From: Macrostomum lignano
Taxonomy: Eukaryota
Direction: 5' to 3'
NCBI GenBank assembly: GCA_002269645.1
Contig: NIVC01001433.1
Span: forward strand, 186,001 to 250,000
DNA length: 64,000 nt
The first letter of the stretch is position 1. Every line of letters begins with the position of its first letter. The notes under the pieces were generated by a model. The model saw nothing but the letters and a program-made list of their open reading frames with translations, had not been told where the DNA came from and did no database searches. Both the position numbers and the translations under genes were made by a program. This document shows positions 44,801 through 56,612 of the stretch, one piece after another.

Positions 44801-47510
44801 TTCAACCCAACCCGCAGATCCCGAGGAGTTCATCAACCTGCTGCTGGACCACGCGCTCCGTCATGAGCCGTTCATCAAACTGAGCACTGGGCAGAGCTCC
44901 CATGTGCTGCAGCTGTTTCTTGATCGGGCCGATTTGCCTTTCGAACAGCAGAAGCAGCAACAGCAGGTGTGTGATCTTTGAACGATAAGAAGATTATAAA
45001 AATCTCAGCGAATTCATTATTTTATGTGTATACCGGATATGCAGCAAAAAACTTTCATATAAGTTTTTATTAATAATCTATTGGCTAAAGGACTAGCAAT
45101 CACACTGATATTAAATAAGCCTTCTATATAATTGTTTTTTGACATAAGAAATTTGTGAAGCTAAAATAGCTGTCGCATTCCCTGATATCATCGCCTAGGG
45201 ATCAGCTTTCCGGCTTTTGAGCAACTCCCTCATCAGCCATGGCATCTCAGCAACTCCCCATTGAGCCAATTGGCATCTCAGCAACTCCCCATTGAGCCAT
45301 GGCATCTCAGCAACTCCCCATTGAGCCATGGCATCTCAGAAACTCCTCCTTGAGCCATGACATGACAGCAACGCTTGTATAATTTGCGTTCCCACAGCAG
45401 CAGCAGCAGCCGCATTCCACTGGTGCACGCGAGCACATCGCGGACACTGAGACCCTGCTGCACCTGTCGCTAATCCAGAGCAACATCCAGTTTAGCGAGC
45501 CGCCGCAGTGCCTGATTCTGCAGATGCCTCGATCTGGGAAGTCATATAAGATGTTCCACCGCATCCTGCCAGTGCTGCAGTTGAACATCACCAACCTGCT
45601 GCCAGACACCGCCAGGGCCTGCAACATCTGCGGCAACTTTGCCACTATCGAGTGCCATCAGTGCTTTCTCAAGCACGACTCCGGTCGCGATTACACCTAT
45701 TGCGAACCTTGCTACAATACGTTTGCGGATCACAGAAAAGGGAAAACGCATGAGCCAATCAAGATTAAATATCCTAAGCATATCCTGGAGCAATATCAGA
45801 ATCCTGGACAGGTGGTTGAAAGTCAGACTGTCATGGATCTGCTGGCTGTTGTCTGTATTTGCACCAGTCACTACGTCTGCTTCTTGCGGGCCGAGCCCAA
45901 CCACTGGCTGTTCTTCGATAGCATGGCCGATAGGGAGGGCGGTGAGTTCAGACTAGCTACTCGCCTCAGCATCCTCTCTCTCTCTCATCGTCTTGCATTC
46001 CATCCCCAATTCCCATTTCATCCCAATCCCCTTGCCATCCCCATTCCATCCCAGTAGTAGGGGTAAGCAGGGCGACAGGGCGGAGATACGAGTAAGAGGC
46101 GGGGTAGTGCATTGGGATAGGAGGAGGCCGCCTATCTCTCAACATAAAGATGGTTAACACTGCAGAGATAGGCGGAGAGGCGGCCTATCTCTTTGTACTT
46201 GGGACGGTTAACACTGCAGAGATAGGAGGAGAGGCGGCCTATCTCTTTGTACTTGGGACGGTTAACACTGTAGAGATAGGAGGAGAGGCGGCCTATCTCT
46301 TTGTACTTGGAATGGTTAACACTGCATAGATAGGAGGAGAGGCGGCCTATCTCTTTGTACTTGGAATGGTTAACACTGTAGAGATAGGAGGAGAGGCGGC
46401 CTATCTCTTTGTACTTGGAATGGTTAACACTGCATAGATAGGAGGAGAGGCGGCCTATCTCTTTGTACTTGGAATGGTTAACACTGTAGAGATAGGAGGA
46501 GAGGCGGCCTATCTCTTTGTACTTGGGACGGTTAACACTGCATAGATAGGAGGGGAGGCGGCCTATCTCTTTGTACTGGGGACGGTTAACACTGTAGAGA
46601 TAGGAGGAGAGGCGGCCTATCTCTTTGTACTTGGGACGGTTAACACTGCATAGATAGGAGGAGAGGCGGCCTATCTCTTTGTACTTGGGACGGTTAACAC
46701 TGCATAGATAGGAGGGGAGGCGGCCTATCTCTTTGTACTTGGGACGGTTAACACTGCAGAGATAGGAGGAGAGGCAGCCTATCTCTTTGTACTTGGGACG
46801 GTTAACACTGCAGAGATAAGATGGAGTGGGTTAGTTGAATGAATGCTTAATGTTTCCAGGTACAATATATGGCGTCCAGTAATTGACCCAATAGACTTAT
46901 CTATTATCAGTAAGTACACTTAGTAAAGCAACAAAGACCAGCCAGTAAACACTGTACAGTGCATGCAAGAAAAAACAGCTAAATCCAGGCCAATCCAGGC
47001 CCCAGACAGTTACTCTGCAGCAGCCACCCTTTCTAATTTGTCCAGGTAGTAAAATTGTTTTTTTGTGTGCAAAAGTTAGCCGCCTCCCCTATCTCTACAG
47101 TGTTGAGCATCCCCAGTACAAAGAGATAGGCCGCCTCTCCTCCTATCTCTGCAATGTTAACTGTCTCTATGTTGAGAGATAGGCCGCCTCCTCCTATCCC
47201 AATGCACTACCCCGCCTCCTATCTCCGCCGTGTTGGCCGTGTTCTGCTAACCCCTACTACTCATCCCCATCCCCATCCCTATGCCACCCCCATTTTAACC
47301 AGTTCATAAATGATTGAATTTCCAGGCTGCAACGATGGCTACAACATCCCGGAGGTGACCCGCGTCGATGGCCTTGAAGAGTGGCTTCGCGATCTTCAAG
47401 GCAAGACAGGCAACGCACCGCCTCCAGAACAGGGCAACCGCCTGCTAGAGGATTGCTATCTGTGTTTCTACGGCAATCCAAGATCTGTGCCCTTCCCTAG
47501 CAGCTCCTGA
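41892..47510 (+). CDS. CYLD: CYLD-like K63/linear deubiquitinase, copy A (intact), 7 exons, 849 aa
   Basis: Exons 41892-42291, 42683-43207, 43506-44160, 44244-44335, 44818-44966, 45398-45941 and 47326-47510, all GT-AG and phase-consistent. CAP-Gly-like VRFKG..GLYFG and RRGLIKWLG..LAGVEFD; Cys box GVQGHHNSCYLDSTLF; B-box CNICG...CHQC...YCEPC; His box TSHYVCF...WLFFDSMADREG; GYNIPEV. The start codon is not certain. Confidence 0.93.
44380..44765. repeat. 29-bp minisatellite, CYLD-A intron 4
   Basis: Unit AGTCCCTACTCTCCCAGATCCCCAGACTA (degenerate). Confidence 0.88.
45237..45358. repeat. 31-bp minisatellite x~4, CYLD-A intron 5
   Basis: Unit CCAATTGGCATCTCAGCAACTCCCCATTGAG. Confidence 0.85.
46053..47261. 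mobile_element. Foldback-like element with ~200-bp imperfect inverted arms and 54-bp tandem subrepeats, CYLD-A intron 6
   Basis: The left end AGTAGTAGGGGTAAGCAG mirrors the right end CTGCTAACCCCTACTACT. The left arm holds about 13 copies of GGTTAACACTGCAGAGATAGGAGGAGAGGCGGCCTATCTCTTTGTACTTGGGAC, and the right arm (47085-47261) holds reverse-complement units. CATCCC flanks both sides. Confidence 0.72.
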
Positions 47511-48039
47511 AGTAATATTGAAAACCATATACTTCGTTTTAAACGTTTTCGTCTTCTTTGAGATTCAACATCGTTTTTATTTATCAAATTTGCGATTCTC
47601 TCTTTTCTCAGTAAATAATATAATTTGTAAATATTTTTAATAAGAGGAATGCGAAAGCTATTAAAACCAATAACGGAGGATTAAACTCGGAGAAAAACGG
47701 TTCAACTTTCAAAACAAATAAGAGTCTACAATACGAGACAGACGCTTGTATAGAACTTAACTTTAATAATAATTTTAAGTCTGTTGTTACTCCAGAATCG
47801 GCATAAAATACTTTTATATACTACTTGCAGTAGTAAAAAAAGTGGTAGCTTAAGCGCCGGAAGCATATAATGTATACACATACAACGTTTGTATTGGACC
47901 AAATTGATTAATTTTTAATTAAATGAGTTTTCTTTTCATATATTTCTGGTTGGTGATCTGATGTGTACCATTTATTCCACTGTAATTGCATATTTCTACG
48001 CCGTCTCACCCAGTGATTAAACGATTTAATGCCATCATC

Positions 48040-48977
48040 CAGGGGCGTCGCCACCGGGGGGACATGCTAATGCTTTGTCATGCCAATGCTCCACCCCATC
48101 TTGTGACCCGTTATGGAAATCAATAATTTTGCTTACGGGCTCCAAAGCATAGCGCCTGCGGCACCAAAATGAGTGCCTTCGGCGCCAAAATGAATGTCTG
48201 TGGCGCCAAAATGAATGTCTGTGGTGCCAAAATAAGTGACTGTGGCGCCAAAATGAGTGACTGTGGCGCCAAAATGAGTGACTGTGGTGCCAAAATAAGT
48301 GACTGTGGCGCCAAAATGAGTGACTGTGGCACCAAAATGAGTGACTGTGGCACCATAATGAGTGACTGTGGCGCCAAAATGAGTGACTGTGGCACCAAAA
48401 TGAGTGACTGTGGCGCCAAAATGAGTGACTGTGGCACCAAAATGAGTGACTGTGGCGCCAAAATAAGTGACTGTGGCACCAAAATGAGTGACTGTGGCAC
48501 CAAAATGAGTGACTGTGGCGCCAAAATGAGTGACTGTGGCGCCAAAATGAGTGACTGTGGCGCCAAAATGAGTGACTGTGGCGCAAAATAAGTGACTGTG
48601 GCGCAAAAATGAGTGACTGTGGCACCAAAATGAGTGACTGTGGCGCCAAAATAAGTGACTGTGGCGCCAAAATGAGTGACTGTGGCACCAAAATGAGTGA
48701 CTGTGGCGCCAAAATAAGTGACTGTGGCACCAAAATGAGTGACTGTGGCACCAAAATGAGTGACTGTGGCGCCAAAATAAGTGACTGTGGCACCAAAATG
48801 AGTGACTGTGGCGCCAAAATGAGTGACTACTGCGCCAGAATGAGTGACTGTGGCATCAAAATGAGCGCTGACAACACCAATTCTCAAAATAATGTACATG
48901 TAGTTATTTAGTCATGTACATGCAGAATTCTTGGCTTTGTCCCCTTCCCCACCATAAAATCCATGGCGACGCCTCCG
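48040..48977. mobile_element. hAT-type non-autonomous element carrying a 21-bp minisatellite (x~33)
   Basis: TIRs CAGGGGCGTCGCCA / TGGCGACGCCTCCG (12/14); 8-bp TSD CCATCATC / TCATCATC (7/8); internal unit AAAATGAGTGACTGTGGCGCC at 48160-48870. Confidence 0.78.
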
Positions 48978-49674
48978 TCATCATCAATCAATAAAAAATT
49001 ATTCAATCGAATGTGATTCTCAATGAAAGTTTTAATTGTTTTGTCTCGATGTTTATTTTTTTCTTAATCCCTATTTATTATCATCATCACACCTGTAAAT
49101 GTGTAGAATGTGTAAAATGCTTATCCAGATCGACCCCTGCTGTGCTGATGCAGAGGGTTTTCTTGCTTTTTTGCAAAAAAAATTAATTCATTCTGTACTA
49201 AAAACAAAACAAAGTGAAATCAACTTTTTAGACAAGCCTGTTATATTTTAAACGAGAAATGTACTCGTATCAGCAAACATTATGACTAAATATTATTGAA
49301 AACTGAATCGTAGCTTGACTTGTCTTGGCATGTTTTTATTTATCCAGATTAGTACAAGCTGAACCTGGCGACCCACAACAGATGCAATTTTGTATTTTAA
49401 ATGTTGGTAATTACTGTATTTCACTTCTAAATCCTTTCAAACTTCACAATGGCAATCCGGCCCGCTCAGCTCTCTTCTCCACAATCTCTCATCTCTGCTC
49501 TCGTCTTCTATTTCTCTCCTCTCCACTTTTTTATCTTTTTTCTCTTCTCTCCTTCTCTCTCTTGTCCTTCTTCTCCTCTCTTCTCCTTATATTCCCTTGC
49601 TTCTTCTTTCTCCCTCTGGCCCACAATCATGCGCTAAGTTATCTTGCATTGCATTCCCAATGAGTCTATTTTAT

Positions 49675-50575
49675 TAATTCCCATCCTACTGATTCCCACC
49701 TCACAGCTCCCCATCCCACAGATTCCCATCCCAAAGATTCCCATCCCACATCTCCCATCCCACAGCTCCCCATCCCACAGATTCCCATCCCAAAGATTCC
49801 CATCCCACATCTCCCATCCCACAGCTCCCTATCCCACAGATTCCCATCCCACAGATCCCCATCCCACATCTCCCATCCCACAGATCCCCATCCCACATCT
49901 CCCATCCCACAGATCCCCATCCCCACAGCTCCCCATCCCACAGATTCCCATCCCACAGCCCCCCATCCCACAGATCCCCATCCCAACAGATTCCCATCCC
50001 ACAGCCCCCCATCCCACAGATCCCCATCCCACAGATTCCCATCCCACAGCTCCCCATCCCACAGATTCCCATCCCACAGATTCCCATCTCACATCTCCCA
50101 TCCCACAGCTCCCATCCCACAGATCCCCATCCCACAGATTCCCATCCCACAGATCCCCATCCCACAGATTCCCATCCCACAGATCCCCATCTCACATCTC
50201 CCATCCCACAGCTCCCATCCCACAGATCCCCATCCCACAGATTCCCATCCCACAGATCCCCATCCCACAGCTCCTATCCTACAGATCCCCATTCCACAGA
50301 TTCCCATCCCACAGATCCCCATCCCACAGCTCCCATCCCACAGCTCCCATCCCACAGCTCCCAATCCACACAGCTCCCTATCCCACAGCTCCCCATCCCA
50401 CAGATTCCCATCCCACAGATCCCCATCCCACAGATCCCCATCCCACAGCTCCCATCCCACAGCTCCCATCCCACAGCTCCCATCCCACAGCTCCCAATCC
50501 CCACAGCTCCCCATCCCACAGATCCCCACCCCACAGCTCCCATGCCACAGCTCCCCATTCCACAGCTCCCACAAT
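49675..50575. repeat. (CCCACAGATTCCCAT)n satellite upstream of CYLD copy B
   Basis: Visible tandem array; source of many spurious ORFs. Confidence 0.95.
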
Positions 50576-51599
50576 GCCAGTAGCTCAACTACTTCCTGTC
50601 CAACAAAAGTTGCATTTATTTTTCAAGTGAATTCAGTACCTATAGATTCAACTTCAAGCGCAAACCAATGCATGCGAAGATTGCTTTTTTATCAAGCAAT
50701 TGATGATGGAAAGTTTGGTAAAAAAGCGCCAGATTGAGCTGCCTAGCGACACAGAAAATCCCGGCAGTTTTAAGTGTTTCATAAATCGGTACAAAACGTC
50801 TGTCACCGTAAAAATTGGAAACAAAGATCAGATAGAAACAAGGAAGCATCAGATGGATTCTGGCCTATTGTGGCTTATTGCACCTGACAGTGGAGGTGCA
50901 AATCAACTTGCACCATTGTATCGCTCATTGGAGTTCGAATCCTTGTATTGCCAGATGCATCCAGACGATAGAGTGGCTTTAACAGTTGAACAGGCCCGGA
51001 TTTTGCTACCTGTGCCAGTACACAAGCGATTAAATTTTTGTCTTTCGAATAGTTTCCAAGTGGCCCAACGCTGCCAAGTTGGTAGCATCGTGTCTGTTCG
51101 CGATCCGAGTTGTTTTGAGAAGCAAGGTTTGTTTTTTATCTCTGAGTCTGATCAAAGTTTCTTTTTTAATAGGCATACTGGTTCATTTTTTCGCTCAATT
51201 AGATTTCAAGTCAAAAGCATTCTAACTTCATTTAAGTCTGAGACAGCGCAGCTCAGCGGTAAACGCGTCGTACTAAATCGTACCACGACCCCTGGTTCGA
51301 CTCCTTGCACGGGCACATTCAGAGCTTGTGTTCACTAAAATAGGACAGGGGTTTGTGCGATTTACAGCCATGGAGGCCAGCCCCAAAGGCACAGGGAGTG
51401 TACATGCCTGACGACTAGAAAGTCAGGGCCACTGTACACCCTGTGTGAGCGTGTGCCTGCCTGCGTAATGTATTGGCGTGCTTGTATGTGCTCAGGAGTG
51501 ATCGGAATAGGCAGAATTGCCTCAGTGCTCGTCTACCATAGAGGATAGTCTACTACTATTCTAGGCTACGATATCGGCTTCTTTTTAATTCTACATGTA

Positions 51600-52752
51600 C
51601 GAGGTGTATCCCAAAAGTAAGTTTCCCTCATATGTAACTCGGCACCCAAGAGGCTCAGCTAAGTGCCACGTACGTTGTTGCTTTCTTTTTTGTCTATGGC
51701 CCAACCGCCCTAAACAAGTCGCTAAGTCCTAGCTTGTTCTCGAGCTGCATGGCTGCAACCCAAGCACACAACCTTTGCAACGATGGCCGCGTCCAGCTCG
51801 TTCTCTCGCTATGACGTTCGAAGCATCATCAAGTTTTCTGTGCTGTCTGGAAAATCGACACCAGAGATTCATCAAGAACTCGTGAGAGTCCTAGGAGAAG
51901 CTGCACCAACCATTCAAACGGTCTGGAAGTGGGTGCGAGAAATTCAAGAAGGACAGGACTGCATGGAGGACAAAGAGCGTTCTGGACGACCAAGGACTGC
52001 GACAACGGATTCCAATGCTGATCGCGTGATGGCTTCTGTGAGTGAAGACAACAGAAGGACATGCAGTGAGCTGGAGGAACTCCTCGGCATTCCCCATGGG
52101 ACCCAGAGCTGAAGCGGCAGTCAGCGCAGTGGCTTCCGATAGGATCGGCGAGTCCCGAGAAGGTGCGACGCAAGCAAGGCTCATTGAAGGTGATGCACAT
52201 CATTTTTTGACATTGACGGGATCATTCTGGACTGGCCCCTGTGCCTGTGGGTACCAAAGTAAATGCTGAGTACTATCGATGGGTGCTTCAAGAGAAACTG
52301 CGACCAGCGATAAGGAAAAAGCGGCCGGGCCTTCTGGAGAGAGGCGTCATATTCCATCACGAAAACGCCCCGGTGCATCGGGCCAGACGGGTTGAAGAGC
52401 TGCTCGGCTCATGGAGCTGGGAAATTCTCCGCCACCCGTGCTACTCGCCTGATTTGGCTCCGGCGGACTTCTATCTGTTCCCGAAGATGAAAGAGAGCCT
52501 TCGTGGCCAGCGTTTCGGATCTGAGGAGCAGGTGAACAACAGCGCTTCATCAGCTCTCCGACATCTGGCGATCGCCGGCTGCAGGCCCGCCTTTGAAGCG
52601 TGGGTGCGTCGCTGGGAAAAGTGCGTTGAGCTTGGCGGCCGATTTGTGGAGTGACAAATACTTTAAGTTGTGGTTTGACAAAGTTTACGTTTTTTAAAAC
52701 TAATTGCTCACTGTTGGCAGCTGACCGAAACTTACTTTTGGGATACACCTCT
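51600..52752 (+). mobile_element. Mariner (Tc1/mariner, DD34D-type) transposon, internally deleted and defective
   Basis: 26-bp TIRs (C/A)GAGGTGTATCCCAAAAGTAAGTTTC with TA TSDs at 51598-9 and 52753-4. Transposase 51783-52654 has HTH and RSGRPR, loses the WVPR/DETW region after IPHG, has a frameshift near 52205, then HHENAPVH and YSPDLAPADFYLF. Confidence 0.96.
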
Positions 52753-54354
52753 TAATTAATTTGGCTTACCCTTTAAAAATCTGAGTTTAAAGTCTGGGCG
52801 CACTTATTCAAAATATTTGATTTTTAGAGCCACCTCTCTCGGTTAATTGTGAAGTTCGGTTTAAAGGTGTTCTGCCTCGTTTGACAAATCCGAAAGACCC
52901 AGACGGTCTCTATTTTGGTTTTGTCAGCTGCGATCCAAAATTAGATGATGGCCAGCCATTATTAACATCCGTGTTGGCTGACGACACTCGACAACTTTTG
53001 AATGTGCGCGCAGACGAAGCTCGCGATCGCTGATTGATTCTAGCGGACGCTCGCTGGTTGGAACCGGTTCAAGATTGCCCAGCTGACCAGCTGTTTAACA
53101 TTAACGATTGCGTAGTGCTGCAGTTGGACGCCAGACAGAATGAGTACAGGCGGGGCCTGTCATTTTGGTTGGGCAATCGTCATATGTTTGAAGGCAAACC
53201 AGAGTGTTGTCTCATTGTTGAAGAGGCCCATTTGCAGCGAGAGCAAGACTTTGATCGTAAATTGGCAGGTTGGTTGAGTTGCCCTCGATTTTGCTTAGGA
53301 TTGAATGACTTAGATAAACCTAGTATCTCGTAAGTTAAATATGTAGAATTGAGTTTCTGCTAGTATTTGTAGGATTAATGCTTTACTTGACAGGCCAAAG
53401 CTGTACAAATGCTGTATTTGATAATGCAAGGCTGTACAACTGCTGTACTTGATCATGCAAAACTCTACAACTTCGCACCGCTCTTTTTAGAGAGCCGCGC
53501 CAATGCTGGCCAAATTTATCAGCCACCTGCTCAGCCTCTCAACTCATCTGATCCACGTCGCGACGAGGCTCAGGCACTGATGGAGAGTAAAGGCATTCGA
53601 ATCGACTCGCATGTCAATTTAACATTCCTGGACAAGGTCGGCATGGTTATGTGGTTCGATTTCATTCCAAACCAAACAGATCTTGTTGTTGGCGTTGCTC
53701 TTGATGACAACGAAGGAGTTGAACGCGAAGGCTACGGGTTCGTGCCTTCTAGTCAAGTGCGAGCCGCGCATCCCAATGTTCAGCCTGATCTGTGGTTCAC
53801 CTTTCTGAGCCTGATTGAGCCAGTGCAAAATGCCAATAACCTGGAAGATCGGTCCAGAGGAGCTGAGGCTCTGCCTCACCAATTTGGCAGTGGCGACTTT
53901 GAAACCATTGCGGGTCCAACTGAGCCTCGAATTCGGCTAGGAGACATGGACAGATTGGTCGGTCGCAATCGCGGTGTCCAGGGACATCACAACTCTTGTT
54001 ATCTGGACTCAACGCTATTCGCCATGTTTGCCACCGTTGACGCATTCGATGGCGTCCTAGAGCGGCCTGGTCAGGCTAAAGACATCGATAATTATGAAGA
54101 AATCAAGAATACTTTGCGCGAAGGTATTGTAAACTGTTTGAGAAGGTGAGCGACACTCCTACCCTGACCTACAGTTGTATATTGTATTTGTGTTCTCATA
54201 TTTCTACTACTGTTAACTATTTTTAGAAACAAGTTTGTCAGCGCTAGGCAAGTTCTGAAGCTGCGAAAATGTCTTAACGATCTCGACATCATTCCAGGAA
54301 TGATGGGCGAGGAAAAAGGTGATTTAATATAAGACTAGTCTGCTTTAATCCTCA

Positions 54355-54990
54355 GACTGGGTCTCTACTCTCCCAGATCCTTAGTCTGGGTTCCTACTGT
54401 TTATCAGATCCCTAGGCTGGGTCCCTACTCCTTCTCAGATCCCTAGGCTGAGTCCCTACTCTCCCATATCCCCAGACTAAGTCCCTACTCTCCCAGATCC
54501 CTAGGCTGGGTCCGTACTCTCTCATCCTTAGTCTGGGTCCCTACTCCTCAGGATTGAGGCTGAGTTCCTACTCTCCCAGATCCCTAGGCTGAGTCCCTAC
54601 TCTCCCGGATCTCCTGGCTAAGTCCCTACTCTCCCCGATCTCCAGGCTAAGTCCCTACTCTCCCAGATTTTCACGCTAAGTCCCTACTCTTCCCGATCTC
54701 CAGGCTGAGTCCCTACTCTCCCAGATCTCCAGGCTGAGTCCCTACTCTCCCCGATCTCCAGGCTGAGTCCCTACTCTCCCAGATCCCCAGACTAAGTCCC
54801 TACTCTCCCAGATCCCCAGACTAAGTCCCTACTCTCCCAGATCCCCAGACTAAGTCCCTACTCTCCCAGATCCCCAGACTAAGTCCCTACTCTCCCCGAT
54901 CTCCAGACTAAGTCCCTACTCTCCCAGATCCCCAGACTAAGTCCCTACTCTCCCAGATCCCCAGACTAAGTCCCTTCTCTCCCAGATCCC
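54355..54990. repeat. 29-bp minisatellite, CYLD-B intron 4
   Basis: Same unit as 44380-44765, in a longer array. Confidence 0.92.
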
Positions 54991-55464
54991 CAGTAAACAT
55001 AAGATACCTTTTTATCCTCATGTCGTTTCAACCCAACCCGCAGACCCCGAGGAGTTCATCAACCTGCTGCTGGACCACGCGCTCCGTCACGAGCCGTTCA
55101 TCAAACTGAGCACTGGGCAGAGCTCCCATGTGCTGCAGCTGTTTCTTGATCGGGCCGATTTGCCTTTCGAACAGCAGAAGCAGCAACAGCAGGTATGTGA
55201 TCTTTGAACGATAAGAAGATTATAAAAATCTCAGCGAATTCATTATTTTATGTGTATACCGGATATGCAGCAAAAAACTTTCATATAAGTTTTTATTAAT
55301 AATCTATTGGCTAAAGGACTAGCAATCACACCGATATTAAACAAGCCTTCTATATAATTGTTTTTTTGACATAAGAAATTTGTGAAACTAAAATAGCTGT
55401 CGCATTCCCTGATATCATCGCTTAGGGATCAGCTTCCCGGCTTTTGAGCAACTCCCTCATCAGC

Positions 55465-56612
55465 CATGGCATCTCAGCAACTCCTCCATTGAGCCAATTG
55501 GCATCTCAGCAACTCCCCATTGAGCCAATTGGCATCTCACCAACTCCCCATTGAGCCAATCGGCATCTCAGCAACTCCCCATTGAGCCAATTAGCATCTC
55601 AGCAACTCCCCATTGAGCCAATTGGCATCTCAGCAACTCCCCATTGAGCCAATTGGCATCTTAGCAACTCCCCATTGAGCCAATTGGTATCTCAGCAACT
55701 CCCCATTGAGCCAATTGGCATCTCAGCAACTCCCCATTGAGCCAATTGGCATCTCAGCAACTCCCCATTGAGCCAATTGGCATCTCAGCAACTCCCCATT
55801 GAGCCAATTGGCATCTCAGCAACTCCCCATTGAGCCAATTGGCATCTCAGCAACTCCCCATTGAGCCAATTGGCATCTCAGCAACTCCCCATTGAGCCAA
55901 TTGGCATCTCAGCAACTCCCCATTAAGCCAATTGGCATCTCAGCAACTCCCCATTGAGCCAATTGGCATCTCAGCAACTCCCCATTGAGCCAATTGGCAT
56001 CTCAGCAACTCCCCATTGAGCCAATCGGCATCTCAGCAACTCCCCATTGAGCCAATTGGCATCTCAGCAACTCCTCCATTGAGCCAATTGGCATCTCACC
56101 AACTCCCCATTGAGCCAATCGGCATCTCAGCAACTCCCCATTGAGCCAATTAGCATCTCAGCAACTCCCCATTGAGCCAATTGGCATCTCAGCAACTCCC
56201 CATTGAGCCAATTGGCATCTTAGCAACTCCCCATTGAGCCAATTGGCATCTCAGCAACTCCCCATTGAGCCAATTGGCATCTCAGCAACTCCCCATTGAG
56301 CCAATTGGCATCTCAGCAACTCCCCATTGAGCCAATTGGCATCTCAGCAACTCCCCATTGAGCCAATTGGCATCTCAGCAACTCCCCATTGAGCCAATTA
56401 GCATCTCAGCAACTCCCCATTGAGCCAATTGGCATCTCAGCAACTCCCCATTGAGCCAATTGGCATCTCAGCAACTCCCCATTGAGCCAATTGGCATCTC
56501 AGCAACTCCCCATTGAGCCAATTGGCATCTCAGCAACTCCCCATTGAGCCAATTGGCATCTCAGCAACTCCCCATTGAGCCAATTGGCATCTCAGCAACT
56601 CCTCTTTGAGCC
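55465..56612. repeat. 31-bp minisatellite x~37, CYLD-B intron 5
   Basis: Unit CCAATTGGCATCTCAGCAACTCCCCATTGAG, highly homogeneous. Confidence 0.97.

Larger units (their letters stand above)
46820..52254. repeat. Copy 1 of a near-identical tandem segmental duplication (period ~11,745 bp)
   Basis: ORF-track features recur at +11744 to +11746 (47257/59001, 48035/59779, 50640/62386, 51783/63529); only scattered SNPs and indels are visible. Confidence 0.95.

Noticed and set aside
46130-46820. CRISPR-like array of hairpin repeats
   Set aside because: Units are contiguous with no unique spacers, there are no cas genes, and the context is a eukaryotic intron.
48035-50630. Long ORFs (APQSLIL, MSDCGAK, PIPQI, GICGM repeats) and their duplicates at 59779-62483
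   Set aside because: Translations of the 21-bp and CCCAT satellites.
53031-53033. Selenocysteine or read-through at the CYLD-B TGA
   Set aside because: The paralogue has Arg (CGA), the change is a typical CpG transition, and no SECIS or read-through context is evident.
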